Assembly: GCA_951406725.2 (NCBI GenBank)
Contig: OX597828.1
Location: 9,672,001-9,736,000, forward strand
Direction: 5' to 3'
Length of the DNA stretch: 64,000 nucleotides
DNA from: Octopus vulgaris
Lineage: Eukaryota
Shown piece after piece: positions 13,404 to 25,273 of the stretch; position 1 is the stretch's first letter; each line of letters starts with the position of its first letter. The position numbers and the translations under genes were made by a program. The notes under the pieces are model-generated. The model was given only the letters and a program-made list of their open reading frames with translations, was not told the origin of the DNA and did no database searches.

Positions 13404-13442
<39 letters not shown>
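13283..13442. repeat. Compound (CAT)/(CAC)/(TAT)n trinucleotide repeat
   Basis: Read directly. Confidence 0.95.
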
Positions 13443-13507
13443 GAATGAGAGAGCAGTGCATGCCATCAAAGTGACACTGGGATAAAGTATATGAAGCCCA
13501 GTATACC

Positions 13508-13508
<1 letters not shown>
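13443..13508. mobile_element. 66-bp unique insert inside (TTA)n, probable extreme 3' end of a TAA-targeting LINE
   Basis: Non-repetitive segment with (TTA)n on both sides, next to an R4 3' end; identity inferred. Confidence 0.4.
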
Positions 13509-13540
<32 letters not shown>

Positions 13541-13541
<1 letters not shown>

Positions 13542-13860
13542 GATAGACATCGCACAGTATACAATATCGTGAGTTTGTTGGTTGAAGATATTGCGTCTGC
13601 CGTGGTTTGTACTATCGGTCAAATCACAATAAAGACCCCCGACAGACAGTACATCACGCAATATGCGTGCAGTTCCAAGTATGCCGACTTTTGCAATGCA
13701 CCTAGATTGTAGGTTATTTCTAATGTCACCAGATGTTTTTTCAGATTAGGTTGTATTGAACCCAATGCTCCGACGACAATAGGGATAACCTTTATGTTTG
13801 TCTCTCGTAGCTGCCACATCTTAGCGATTTCAATTCTCAGGTCTCCTTATTTTTGTCCCT
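13541..13860 (-). mobile_element. R4/Dong-clade non-LTR retrotransposon 3' end
   Basis: KxGDLRIEIAKMWQLRETNIKVIPIVVGALGSI..LGALQKSAYL, the C-terminus of RLE-type R4 ORFs; short 3'UTR ends in (TAA)n. Confidence 0.85.
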
Positions 13861-13894
13861 TATTATCGTTGTTGGTGTAGTTATAATTTCTGAC

Positions 13895-14075
13895 GTGGTG
13901 AGCCGGTATTTCGTCCGTCATACGTTCTGTGTTCAAATTACACCGATATCAATTTTTAACTTCATCTTTTCGGATTTGATAAAACCATTATCAATTTAGC
14001 ACCGGGAAGGGGGAGAAATCTTCAAGCCCCTTTTCTAAAGTTGCTGACCTCTGCCTATAATAGAAGGGATTATTT
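13895..14075 (+). mobile_element. Degenerate SINE, local family B
   Basis: GGTGAGC..GGTATTTCGTCCGTC..TTCTGTGTTCAAAT..TTCATCTTTTCGG..GATAAAA and tail TGCTGACCTCTGCCTATAATAGAAGGGATTATT. Confidence 0.7.
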
Positions 14076-15229
14076 TTCTTATAGCCAGTTGTATTAATTT
14101 ATCAGCAGTCGTAGTAGTGCTGGTAAAGTAATTAGTCGTTGCAGTGGAGTAGTAGAAATCGTTGTGGTTTGGAGGTGCTGGTTGTAGTGTGGGGTGTTGT
14201 GTGCGGTGTGCGTGCGGTCTGTTGTTGTGGTGATGGTGTTGTGATTCTAGCAACATATTTATGCGAATTCATATCATAACCCTCGCGCATCCGTGTATCA
14301 TATCTAAGAGTATATTTCATAATAGAAATTTGAATGTTATCTGTGTATTTCGAATACTCTTATCTCCATTGCTTAAAGTGCTATTTGCTCCCTAATGTTT
14401 GTCTATGAATTGTAAGTTTTCTTACATTTTCATGTATCATTGCTATCAAAGTATTTGTTTCCATTGTACGTTCTTAATATAATCATAACTTAATATAATC
14501 ATAATTTATGTAAAGACTATTTCAGTATTTCTTTCCGTCATTCAATTCATACTAGAAATATTTATATGTCAGTTAGAAGACATTCTCGACAGTGCTACGT
14601 AGCAGCGTTCTTCAATTTTGTTAAATACAAAATTGTATTCCCAGAGTATTTTAACGTGCAGAACATTTTGGTGTACGATACTGCTATTCGTGTTTTATCT
14701 TTCAAGTTATCGTTTTCCTCCAGACGCATATAAGTTCCATTTATTTTATTTGTTATAAATTTTTTTCTATCTTCAATATATATATATATGTATATATATG
14801 TAAATATGATGGATTCTCTTGTTATGAGCGACAAATGAGGGTTCAGTAAAATAAAGCATTGATCATGCTTTATGAACACGACGGTGTCTTCTGAGGTCTG
14901 TTGTTTCCTAGCAAGCCTTTTGGCAAATGGAACAAGTTGAGAACTCAGTTTTCTTGAGTGCTTCTTGATTATTTACTATGTGTCTTATTGAGTGGACAGC
15001 TACACTTGGTTCGCTTTTCGCCATAAAGCAACAACAACAGTTAAGGTTTCCACTTATAGGAGCAGTGTTTTGCCAGGGTTCCTTCATGCTTGAATGAAGT
15101 TGGTCCCTGTTTTGAAGTTAATTTTGCTCAAGTTTTTGAACTGAGGAGAGACAGGACTGACGCCAGGTCTTGCATTCTGATGCTTTGTTTTTCCAGGAAC
15201 AAAAGGGAATGTTGCATCGTTTCAAATTT

Positions 15230-16410
15230 TCTTTTAGTTTTTTTTTATGCGCAAGAGCGGCCTTCCAGCTGATCCTCCTATCGGGAATTGGTCAAAGAGG
15301 AGTTGCTTCAGAATTCTGATATCACTCATACCTGAAAGATGATCTGACTATCTAAGCCGTATATTGATGAGGATGGCTTCAATACCTGATATGTTGCAAT
15401 TTGTAAGTACCTCACTGTAATGAATATGGTGACTCAGTTTTATGGTGGAGATAGTATACAAGCAACGTATATTGAAAAGCGTCAAGTTGAATGATGTGCT
15501 TTCGATACAAAGTCAAAAATTCAGCACCATAAAACAATGTTATCAAGACCACCGACTTATATACATTAATTTTCACCTTCAACAATACGTCGTACCCGTT
15601 CCATATCCTGTGATAAAGCTTACCGAAAGCGGAGATAAACGTCCCGATTCTGGACTCGATTTCTTTATCTTCGCATTATTTGACACTTTGGAACGAAGAA
15701 TTAGTGAAAGAGAAAACAGTTTCAAAAGCTTTTCTATCGGGAAGGTAGTCACGAATGGGCTGATGGACAGGCTTAGTTTTCTTGATACTGATGGTCAGAC
15801 TAAAAGACTTCGATGTACTCGTGATGTAGTTTAGAATCCGTCAAATGTCCAAGAGTGGGTGCTATAAGTGCCCAATCGTCTATCATGCCACTGTCAATGG
15901 ATGTCAAACAGAAATAATGCCACAAAACACAACGAGTATAAAGAAGCCAGGAATGCATGCCAATCAAAGCTAAAGGCAAATGAAAGAAATATGGTGGTGA
16001 AGGAAGGCACGAGAATTGCAAGATGCTGCGGACAGATGTGACTACAGGTCATTTTACCAGAATTTAAAGTATGTTTTTGGACCTGTGTCTTTTGGCTCAA
16101 CTCTCTTATTTTCAACTGAGGGTAGTCTTCTGACAAATAAAACGATCACGAACCGCCGGGCAGAGCACATTTCAAATGTTTGAAATATGGGCTCACATGG
16201 TGCTGGAGAACTGATGATCAACCTACCATAAAGACCTGTGGATGAAGAACTGACAGTCGTTCCATCAAATGCTTAACTAAAGAAAGATCGTAAAACAGCT
16301 CAGGAAGAGAAAGTCGTCTGGGAATAATGGAATACCAGCCGAAATATATAAATGTGGTAGAAGTTTCCTGCTGAACAAGTTATGTAAACTCTTCTCTTTA
16401 TTCTGGAAAT
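15230..16410 (+). mobile_element. RTE (BovB-like) LINE fragment, endonuclease-to-RT linker
   Basis: CQSKL..KEIWW*RKARELQDAADRCDYRSFYQNLKYVFGP and KSSGNNGIPAEIYKCG..LLNKLCKLFSLFW in 15900-16410; 5' boundary uncertain. Confidence 0.75.
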
Positions 16411-16830
16411 GTTTTCGCATTGCATAATTCTTGTAATTAATTGTTTATAAATTCTTGATTATTTGAATGCTTGTTTCTATTATTGTCTAATAGGATGATA
16501 ATATCGCGTCTCATCCTGTTCTCCGCATAGTTACCTAATAAACAACGTTTGTTGTTTATTAAATATCTTCGTGACTTGTATTTTTAAGTAGCAATGCCAT
16601 TTCCTTCACTGCGTTTTTGTTTTTTGTTTTTATTTCGCTTTTTATGTATATTTTATACAAAAGAAAAATTCCAAATTTATCTACCTTAACGATATCATAA
16701 TATTGATTAAATTATTCCGAATGGTGAGATTGCTATTGTTATAAATTATATTATATTAAATTTTGCTTAATTTTGTCAAATGATCTTGGAATATGCGACG
16801 GCTGGTCATCTTTTAAAAACCATGGCAACG

Positions 16831-16878
<48 letters not shown>

Positions 16879-16940
16879 GGCGGTGCCCCAGCATGGCCAC
16901 AGCTCATTAGCTGAAACTGGAAAATCAAAATCATAAAATC
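16879..16940 (+). mobile_element. Orphan LINE/SINE 3' tail inside (TA)n
   Basis: GGCGGTGCCCCAGCATGGCCACAG shared with the family A 3' end, followed by AAAATC-type repeats; (TA)n on both sides. Confidence 0.8.
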
Positions 16941-17770
16941 ATATATATATATATATATATAATATAGCAATTCTCCAACTATGCATTTCTGTTAGATTTC
17001 TGTTTACCTTTTCACAAGTTCCTGTATAGTGTACGCAGTTAATGCTTGAAATTCCATCTGTGGACCTTTTATTTCCCATATCATGTTGCCTATTATTTTA
17101 GAACATTATATTAATCATAACAGCCAAAGCAAAAGTCGACATCCTTTTGCGTTGCTAGACGTACTAGAATTAGAAGCCAACTTACTCCATCATCAAATGA
17201 CACACAACTGTTTTTTTTAGATAACATAGAGAAACTACCCAAATTGAAATGTCAATGACATTGCTGCGATTATATTAAAGGAAAGAATGGTAGATGAATG
17301 GTGACATGGGTTTAAACATGAACATAAAATGCTAACACTTGAAAAGACTACTATCAAAATGAAAAGACGCTTATCAAATCTTGAATAGCTGAATATAATA
17401 TGTTGGGGTAGAATGTAGTTAACCCACGTGGGATTATATTATCTTTCTGTAAATAGAGACGAAGATAACGTAATATAATTTCTGACGTGATACAATGTTT
17501 AAGTAGTTTGTGTAAGTAAACAAATAATTCGATATATAACTGGATTATACAGTAATGATCATAACGATAAATAGTTAAATAGTTATAAGATTCGCAATCA
17601 TCACTCCAGTTTCATATTTTCTGTAATTATATCGGATATCTACAATACATTTAGCTATTTTATCTGAATACCAGAACATATACTTCCGAAAAAAAAAGTA
17701 GTTTTAAAGTATGTCTCGCCTAACACACCATAACCTTTTACTATATCATCATCGTTATATATACACACAC

Positions 17771-17845
<75 letters not shown>

Positions 17846-18687
17846 CATATACATATATATATATATAATTTTTATTCAGGTTTCTTAATGTCGTAAAGAG
17901 CGCTAGTACTTATGTTCAATGACCTTTTCAAATCTATTACTAAGATTTCTTTACAAAATTGTTTATATTTATATTGGAGAAAAAAATGTTATACTCTGGA
18001 AATATACCAGGAGAGTCTCTTCAAGTATGTTGTTTATTGTTATCTACTTTTCATTTTTTGAAATACATTATTGTTTACAAGTTTCATTTGGGAAATATTT
18101 TATTGTTTTTATTTCTTTATATTAATGAAGAAAAGCAAAATGTGTAAAATAATATTCAGACATATTTTTTTATCACTTACTTAATGTTTTCAGTAACGTT
18201 ATACTGCCATATATTGTTCTAGCATAAGTACAGGTGGAGGGGACTGGCAGAGAGGATTTCAGATATTGCCATAAAGGATTAGAATAAATATCCCAAAGCA
18301 ATTTCTCCAGCACTGTTATGATTATCTCAATCCATCTCCCATATTTCGCTTTTAATAATAACTCAATTAATTGGCGTACTGTCATCACTCTATCCGGAAC
18401 AGGTTTTCTCCTGGGATACACGTCGGTTTTTTAAAAGTGCGTTCAACATAATTACGTGGTTACTTACGCAAAACTAGCGACAAATTTTACCCGAATGAAA
18501 TATACGTAGTGCCGCGATCATAAACATTAAGATGCAAGAGATTTTACGGAGCATTTATGTATCATTGGGACAACTAAATGAAGCGTTACACGAAGTGTGT
18601 GGTGTGTGCTTAATGTGACCCCACAAAAGTTAACACAATATCCAAAGCCTCTACTATTTATCCCATTCAACCTCAATGTAGAATATA

Positions 18688-18690
18688 TTG

Positions 18691-18729
<39 letters not shown>

Positions 18730-18805
18730 TATTATTATTATTATTATTATTATTATTGTTATTATAACAATGGTAATAACAATAATAATATTAATAATGA
18801 TGATG

Positions 18806-18866
<61 letters not shown>

Positions 18867-19906
18867 CATTGACGTAAATAGTGATAATAGCAATATCAAT
18901 AATATAGGTGGTATAGATAAAAGTATGGTAGGTGATAATAATGAGGATGGATTAATAATTAGTAACTCTAGTTTGCATAACAACGTAATTACTAATAGTG
19001 AAAATAATACTAATACTAACAATAATTTAAATAATAGTAATAGAAGTGAACTGTCCATAAATAATTCCAGTACCGGACACTATCCCCCCAGTTGTGATTG
19101 TAGGATTAGATCAAAATGTCAGGTATCTGGCCGTTCTTCGGTCCAAAACGTAATTTATAAATGGACGATAATAATTTCAAACAATAGCTTTCTTTATTTC
19201 GGTTGTTCGGTAGATTTTTAAAAATGTGTAAACAATCATTTTTCCTCTTTTAGGCTCAAACATAAGGCAGGTTGCACAACATTATCTAGTAAAAGTTGGG
19301 AACTAAAAACAAATAATATAGAATTCAACCTAAAATGGGATATAGTTAGAAGAGCGCAACCTTATAGAAATAGTAGGGATGGTTGTCAACTTTGTTCTAT
19401 GGAAACTTATGAAATTTTGAAACATCAGAGTAATACAAATCTGTTGAATAACCGTTAGGAGCTTGGAGTTATCTTGTATACATCGTACGACCCGAACGTT
19501 TAAATACTTTAAATAATAACTTTGTGAATATTCCTATATTTTTCAGTCTCATATATTTTCGGTCTCATGAGTTACTAGTGTGACGACATTCGTCTTCCTA
19601 AAATATATGTTGTACATTAAACAATATAAAATCGCATATATACACACAAACAAACATACATAAGAGAAGGTGCTTAAAAGTTGAAAGCTTTAAAGCCATC
19701 GTGAAAGACCTGGCTGGAGGCCCAACTTCCGGGTCTTTTACAGGGCTGAGAAAAACCGAAAGACAACTGCAATAAGCGAGTGTATGTGATAAAGGTGTAT
19801 GTTGAATAAAATCATGATGAACTGATCCGGTGTATTTTCTTTTACCTAAGGCCAGGAATTTTACAGCACACCAACGTGCAAGAAAACACACACACACGAC
19901 ACACAC

Positions 19907-19908
<2 letters not shown>
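18688..19908 (+). mobile_element. Penelope-like element 3' remnant (Asn-rich linker, GIY-YIG endonuclease, 3' non-coding end)
   Basis: CDCRIRSKCQVSG..NVIYK..LYFGCS..F*KCVNNHFSSF..TTLSSKSWELK..LKWDIVRRAQPY..GCQLCSME..NLLNNR*EL in one frame; 3' boundary inferred from the inverted arm. Confidence 0.85.
19090..19503 (+). pseudogene. GIY-YIG endonuclease of Penelope-like element with in-frame stops
   Basis: VIY/YFG equivalents of the GIY and YIG motifs, CxC..C and CxLC motifs, stops at 19219-19221 and after NLLNNR. Confidence 0.85.
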
Positions 19909-19948
<40 letters not shown>

Positions 19949-20029
19949 TTAGAGACAAAACCACTATTTTGCAAATCAAACAAGGAAAGACTTAATCAAT
20001 ACATAAAAAAAAATTAATATAAAGTAAAT

Positions 20030-20083
20030 AAATCACCACTACAATTGTTTCCTGTCTTCAAATGACATTCATCAGCTGGATTT
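20030..20083 (-). ncRNA. Type I hammerhead ribozyme motif (mirror copy, one stem I mismatch)
   Basis: Minus strand AAATCCAG-CTGATGA-ATGTC ATTTGAA GACAG-GAAAC AATT GTA-GTGGTGATTT. Confidence 0.7.
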
Positions 20084-20130
20084 CATATCTTCTATTCAAT
20101 TTTAAAGTTTAAAATTGAATAGAAGATATG

Positions 20131-20184
20131 AAATCCACCTGATGAATGTCATTTGAAGACAGGAAACAATTGTAGTGGCGATTT
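20131..20184 (+). ncRNA. Minimal type I hammerhead ribozyme motif
   Basis: Stem I CCAC/GTGG extended by AAATC/GATTT, CTGATGA 20139-20145, stem II TGTC/GACA, GAAA 20163-20166, palindromic stem III ACAATTGT, cleavage triplet GUA ending at 20174. Confidence 0.85.
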
Positions 20185-20350
20185 ATTTACTTTATATTAA
20201 TTTTTTTATGTATTGATTAAGTCTTTCCTTGTTTGATTTGCAAAATAGTGGTTTTGTCTCTAATTAATATTATATAATATTTTACTATAAAATTGGATTC
20301 AATCCTAAATCTGATTTTTCCCTGTAAATTTGGATTTATTCCCTAATATT

Positions 20351-20406
<56 letters not shown>

Positions 20407-20513
20407 GTGTGTGTCGTGTGTGTGTGTTTTCTTGCACGTTGGTGTGCTGTAAAATTCCTGGCTTTAGGTAAAAGAAAATACACCGGATCAGTTCATCAGA
20501 ATTTTATATATAT

Positions 20514-20552
<39 letters not shown>

Positions 20553-20555
20553 GAC

Positions 20556-20594
<39 letters not shown>

Positions 20595-20861
20595 GTCATT
20601 TCTGAAAATATAAACACGAGATTTCAATTATCCACCGTGATTCTTTATATCTGCTCCATGGTTCAATTCTCATGAAATTGTCTCGTTTCCTTCAGTGTCT
20701 TACAAACATTTCGTTTCAAACTTTTCTAACGAAGTAAATTCTTGCCCATATCATTCGGTGATAAGATCATTGAGACCTTTATATCAACAGAAATTCCTGA
20801 ACGAAATTAATGCAAAGCCGTCAACAATAGGAAAGCCAAAAGCCAATATTCAAATAACAAA

Positions 20862-21236
20862 GGTGTAGGCGTTGTCCCGTGATAAGAAGCTTGCTGTGAG
20901 CTGGCAGAAGCGTTAGCACGCCGGGCGAAATGCTTAGCAGTATTTTGTCTGCAGTTACATTCTGAGTTCAAATTCCGCCTAGATCGACTTTGCCTTTCAT
21001 CCTTTCGGGGTCGATAAATTAAGTACCAGTTACGCACTGGGGTCGATGTAATCGACTTAATCCTTTTGTCTGTCCTTGTTTGTCTCCTCTATGTTTAGCC
21101 CCTTGTGGGCAATAGATAAATAAGTAGCTTGCATCCGAAGTATATGGTTACAGCCTCAGCCCTCTTTTGCAGTAAGATGTTGAGCAAGCGTCGTCTATAA
21201 CCTCGTGCCTACGAAAGGAAGCTGAAAGAAGCACGT

Positions 21237-21238
<2 letters not shown>
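20862..21238 (+). mobile_element. Old family A SINE left half, interrupted by a family B SINE
   Basis: GGTGTAGGCGTTG..GATAAGAAGCTTGC then, after the insert, TTGAGCAAGCGTC..GCTGAAAGAAGCACGTC before (TA)n. Confidence 0.6.
20895..21119 (+). mobile_element. SINE family B, full length, with 13-bp TSD
   Basis: GAGCTGGCAGAAGCGTTAGCACGCCGGGCGAAATG..GAGTTCAAATTC..GCCTTTCATCCTTTCGGGGTCGATAAATTAAGTACC; TSD ATAAGAAGCTTGC 20882-20894 and ATAAGTAGCTTGC 21120-21132. Confidence 0.9.
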
Positions 21239-21320
<82 letters not shown>

Positions 21321-21323
<3 letters not shown>

Positions 21324-21840
21324 AGAGTTTACGAAAAAAACAAAAAACGAAAACAGGTGGTGTACAAAACAAACAGATGTATTAGTAAAACGCTCAAGAA
21401 TAGAACATTATTTTACGTTTAGAGCCTACGCTCTTCTACTGAAAGTGACACAGAAAAAGCAAGGAGAGAAACAAGGAGAGAAAAAAATATGTGTAGTGAC
21501 TAACGATTTATCATGGCGGCTAGTGCCGGACAGAAGGGTCAAATACGAGGAGGAAAGTAGGGGAGATAACAATGTAAAGTTGACTCCCAACACAAAGGTC
21601 TCCAACATAAAGGTGCGCGTGTGTATGAGAGAGTATGTATGTGCGTGTGAAAGAAGTCTGTTGGTCTGGCGTGTGCGAGTATGTATGTGTAGGTGTGTGG
21701 ATGTGGGAATGGGTGTGAGGGTGGTGTGTTGCGATGTGATGTGTAATGGTGTATGGTGTAGTGTGGTGTGGTGTGGTGTGATGATGTGGTGAGGTGGGGG
21801 AGGCGAGAGTAGGGATGTATAGGGGCGGGTGGGTTTATAT
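21321..21840 (-). mobile_element. Longer copy of the Penelope-like terminal-repeat family seen at 4993-5178
   Basis: First ~190 bp align with 4993-5178, then GT-rich low complexity; TA tracts on both sides; minus strand CAGTAGA-A-GAGC GTAG GCTC-TAAACGTA. Confidence 0.65.
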
Positions 21841-21849
21841 ATATATAAT

Positions 21850-22570
21850 GAGGGTAGTGGGAAAAGACAAGAGTTGTTTATGGTATTTGCTGACCTTACT
21901 AAGGCCTTCGACAGTGTTAATCGGGAAGCACTATGGAAGGTTCTGAAAAAAGCTTTATATACCTCACAAGATGTTTAATATTCATGGGGGAAAAAAGGCT
22001 GCTGTCGTATCAGGTGGGGAAGCTTCGGCTTCCTTCGACGTTACAAACGGCACAAAGCAAGGTTGAGTTATGACCCTTGTTTTGTTTTCCCTCTTCTTTT
22101 CAGTGATGCTAAGGTATGCATTAGTGACATATAAAACTTGGCGTCAAATTCTAGTTTCGAACAGGTGGTGAATTATTCAATAATCAGCGTTTCAAAGTCA
22201 GAACACTGCTACGCACCAGTATCATTCGTGATCTACATTTTACACATGATGCTGCACAAGTAACAATAACCTTAGAGGAAGCTCAGGAAATTCTAGAACG
22301 GTTTTCTGCTGCATGTAAAGCCTTTGGTTTAACAATCAGCAAAAAAGGAGACGAAAATAATCTACCTAACTTGCCCTACTCCTAAACAAATTCGATGTGT
22401 CAAGCAGAGGCCACCGGTTCACACTTTCCCTGACATTCCTATACAGGTTGAAAGGAAAAACGTAAATTATGTGAAGTAATTTACATATATTAGTAGTAAA
22501 GTGAATTCAAGTGATTCCCTTCAGGATGGAATCGTCAACCGTCCTTCAAAGGCAACAAATGCATTTGACG
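21850..22570 (+). mobile_element. RTE (BovB-like) LINE reverse transcriptase fragment
   Basis: ELFMVFADLTKAFDSVNREALWKVLKK, GTKQG*VMTLVLFSLFF, IRDLHFTHDA (decayed FADD), FGLTIS. Confidence 0.88.
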
Positions 22571-23606
22571 ATTTTCTTTCTCGCACCCTAGTTTCGTTAT
22601 TCTGGACTACCAACAGGCTTTCTTTAACATTACCACTTCCTCTAAATCGTGCATAATTCAACGATAGATAATACTAGGAAATAAACCAATGATATAGGGT
22701 AGTAATTCGAACTGCAAGAAATAGCATCTACATTTGCAACATAAGATATATGAATGCTTAAAATGATAGAGTGTGTGATCTATTGCCTACGTCAATGCTA
22801 GAGACCATAGACACACATTTAGATATGTTAAAGTCAAACCTCATAATATGTATTTATATATTTTAGTTGGTAAATAGATTCTTAACGTGTGTTTGTCTCA
22901 ATAAATACGAAACAAGACTGTAACAGTAGTTGTTACCATGTTTAACCAGTGTAATTGATATGCTTTTGAGTAAAGTGGTCTGTAACAAGGCACAAAAATA
23001 TACAACCTATAAAGAAACACTACTGTGCTAACAAGAAGATCATTAGGAAATAGTCCTGAGAAAAATTTTCCGATATTTTATTGCTATTTAAAAGCTGAAA
23101 CTACACAAAAATAAATAAGTTATTGGCTGGTGTATGATGTAATATCCAGGCTTACTACATTATATTTTTATTTAGATGCAGTCATCAAATGGAGTTTGTA
23201 TATTCAGGACATTGACAGACCCACGTACAATTAGTTAGACATGTCATTGCATCAAATACATATGTCGTTTATAAATTAAAACTCTTCTTCCTTTCTTTTT
23301 ACTTTGTTCATTGTTTTTGATGTTTCTTTGCATATTTCCGAATTGATGGAAATTCTTCTTTTAATTAAATGGAAGCTTTCTAACACCTGCTGCGTTTCAC
23401 AAGAATGCATTTGTCTAAAAGAATATTTCAAAAACTAAAAGTATATATGTGTGGAAAAACGGAGCGTGTTCCTAAAATCAAATAAATAGGCATGTATGTA
23501 TGCATGTTCGTATGTTATCTATGTAAATATGTATGCATGGATGTGTACATGCAATTATGCATATACACATACATGCAATTATGCATATACACATACATGC
23601 ACGCAC

Positions 23607-23649
<43 letters not shown>

Positions 23650-23681
23650 TATAGATATAAATATATGTATGTATATGTGTA

Positions 23682-23732
<51 letters not shown>

Positions 23733-23740
23733 ATGTATGC

Positions 23741-23790
<50 letters not shown>

Positions 23791-24389
23791 TTATACACAT
23801 GCACACGTACGTAATAAGCTACAGACATTGCAAATGTTCCCGAGGGTGTCTTTTAATGAGTAAATCTTTTGTTTTTATTTTGAACATCGATATTTTATCG
23901 GAGACGCGTTTCTCTCGATTGCGACATTAAGATTCTCGCTTCGGTATTCAATGACAATATTCTATCGTGCGATGAAGTGAAATGCGTTATTCAACTGAAG
24001 TTATACATTGAAATTAATGCAGAATAAAGTGTACATCAGACGAATTGAGCTGGCTCTCCTCAGACGACAAATTTCAAAACCTGATTTCTGAAGCAAATAT
24101 ATAAATAACTATATACGAATTAAAACATTCAAATACACTATCTGCATGCGTAGACACATTAGAAATAAAGAATCACATAGGAAGTGTTATGCCTATATAT
24201 TTGTATATGCGTGTGCAAATGGGTACATAGATACGTGCTTGAGTGTGGGCGTATGTGTGTTTACGTGTGTGCTTGCGTATTTGCATGAATTAATGTTTGT
24301 ACAGAGGTAGAAAAAACCATAGGACATTAATATATGTGTAAAGAGATTGGCTAGTATATATAAAATATACTGTCCACTCAAATATTCCT

Positions 24390-24763
24390 GAGTGGCTGTG
24401 TCATAAGAAGTTTATTTTCCGACCAAATGGCTCCTGGTTCGATACCACTGCGTGGTATCTTGAGCAGGTGTCAAAATCTGTTGAATTGATTTGGGAGAAG
24501 GAAACTGAATGAAGCCCGTCGTATATATGTATATGTGTGTTATTATGTGTGTGTGGTTGTGTTTTTGTTTGTCCCTCCACCACTTGACAACTGGTGTTGG
24601 TGTGTTTACGTCCGCACAACAACTTCGGGGCTCACAAATTAGACAGTTGAAGTAAGTACCAGACTTTAAAAAATAATGGGGTCGATTCATACGTCTATAA
24701 TTCTCCAGGGCGATGCCCTAGCATACCCGCAGCCAAGTGACTGGAGCAAGTAAAAGATAAGAG
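24390..24763 (+). mobile_element. SINE family A, diverged copy
   Basis: Collinear with other family A copies with many substitutions. Confidence 0.8.
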
Positions 24764-25241
24764 AAACAGGATATTCCAAGCTCTCGATTTCCTATTAACA
24801 AAATGGACGCTATTTCACGTGATATGTTTTGTCTGAACAAAACGTTCTGTTTCAGGGCTTGTCTCCTAAAATAGCTGGTGAATTCCAGGAGATATACAAA
24901 AAATTGTATATACTTCTTTGAAGAAGTAAGCCGGATTCTCTGGCACCTTACTTATAAATATAACAAGGGAAAAAATTTTCTCAAACACATGCATAAATCT
25001 ATGTATATATTCTCATTTCAAGAAGGCACATGTTATTTACAGAAAGTACACGAAACGAGGTAATGGAAAATACACTGGTATATATACACATCTATATGTA
25101 TATATATTCTAAGATTAAATCAAGTTACATATCGCTGTATTTCACAATTCTTCCTCAATTTTCTTACTCGAGACACACACACACATACACACACACACAA
25201 ACACACACACATACACTCACACACACACACAGACATATATA

Positions 25242-25273
<32 letters not shown>

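Larger units (their letters stand above)
19806..20507. repeat. Nested long inverted repeat (~700 bp)
   Basis: Inner arms ~19937-20106 and 20108-20276 centred on G20107; outer arms 19806-19908 and 20405-20507; the ORF track shows the same 30-aa peptide on opposite strands. Confidence 0.95.

Noticed and set aside
23546-23600. 24-bp tandem duplication, and similar ~90-bp duplication at 38585-38735
   Set aside because: Ordinary slippage within TA/CA-rich tracts; no spacers, not CRISPR-like
24030-24070. Minus-strand CTGAGGA-GAGC CA GCTC
   Set aside because: GAAA half of the hammerhead core is absent
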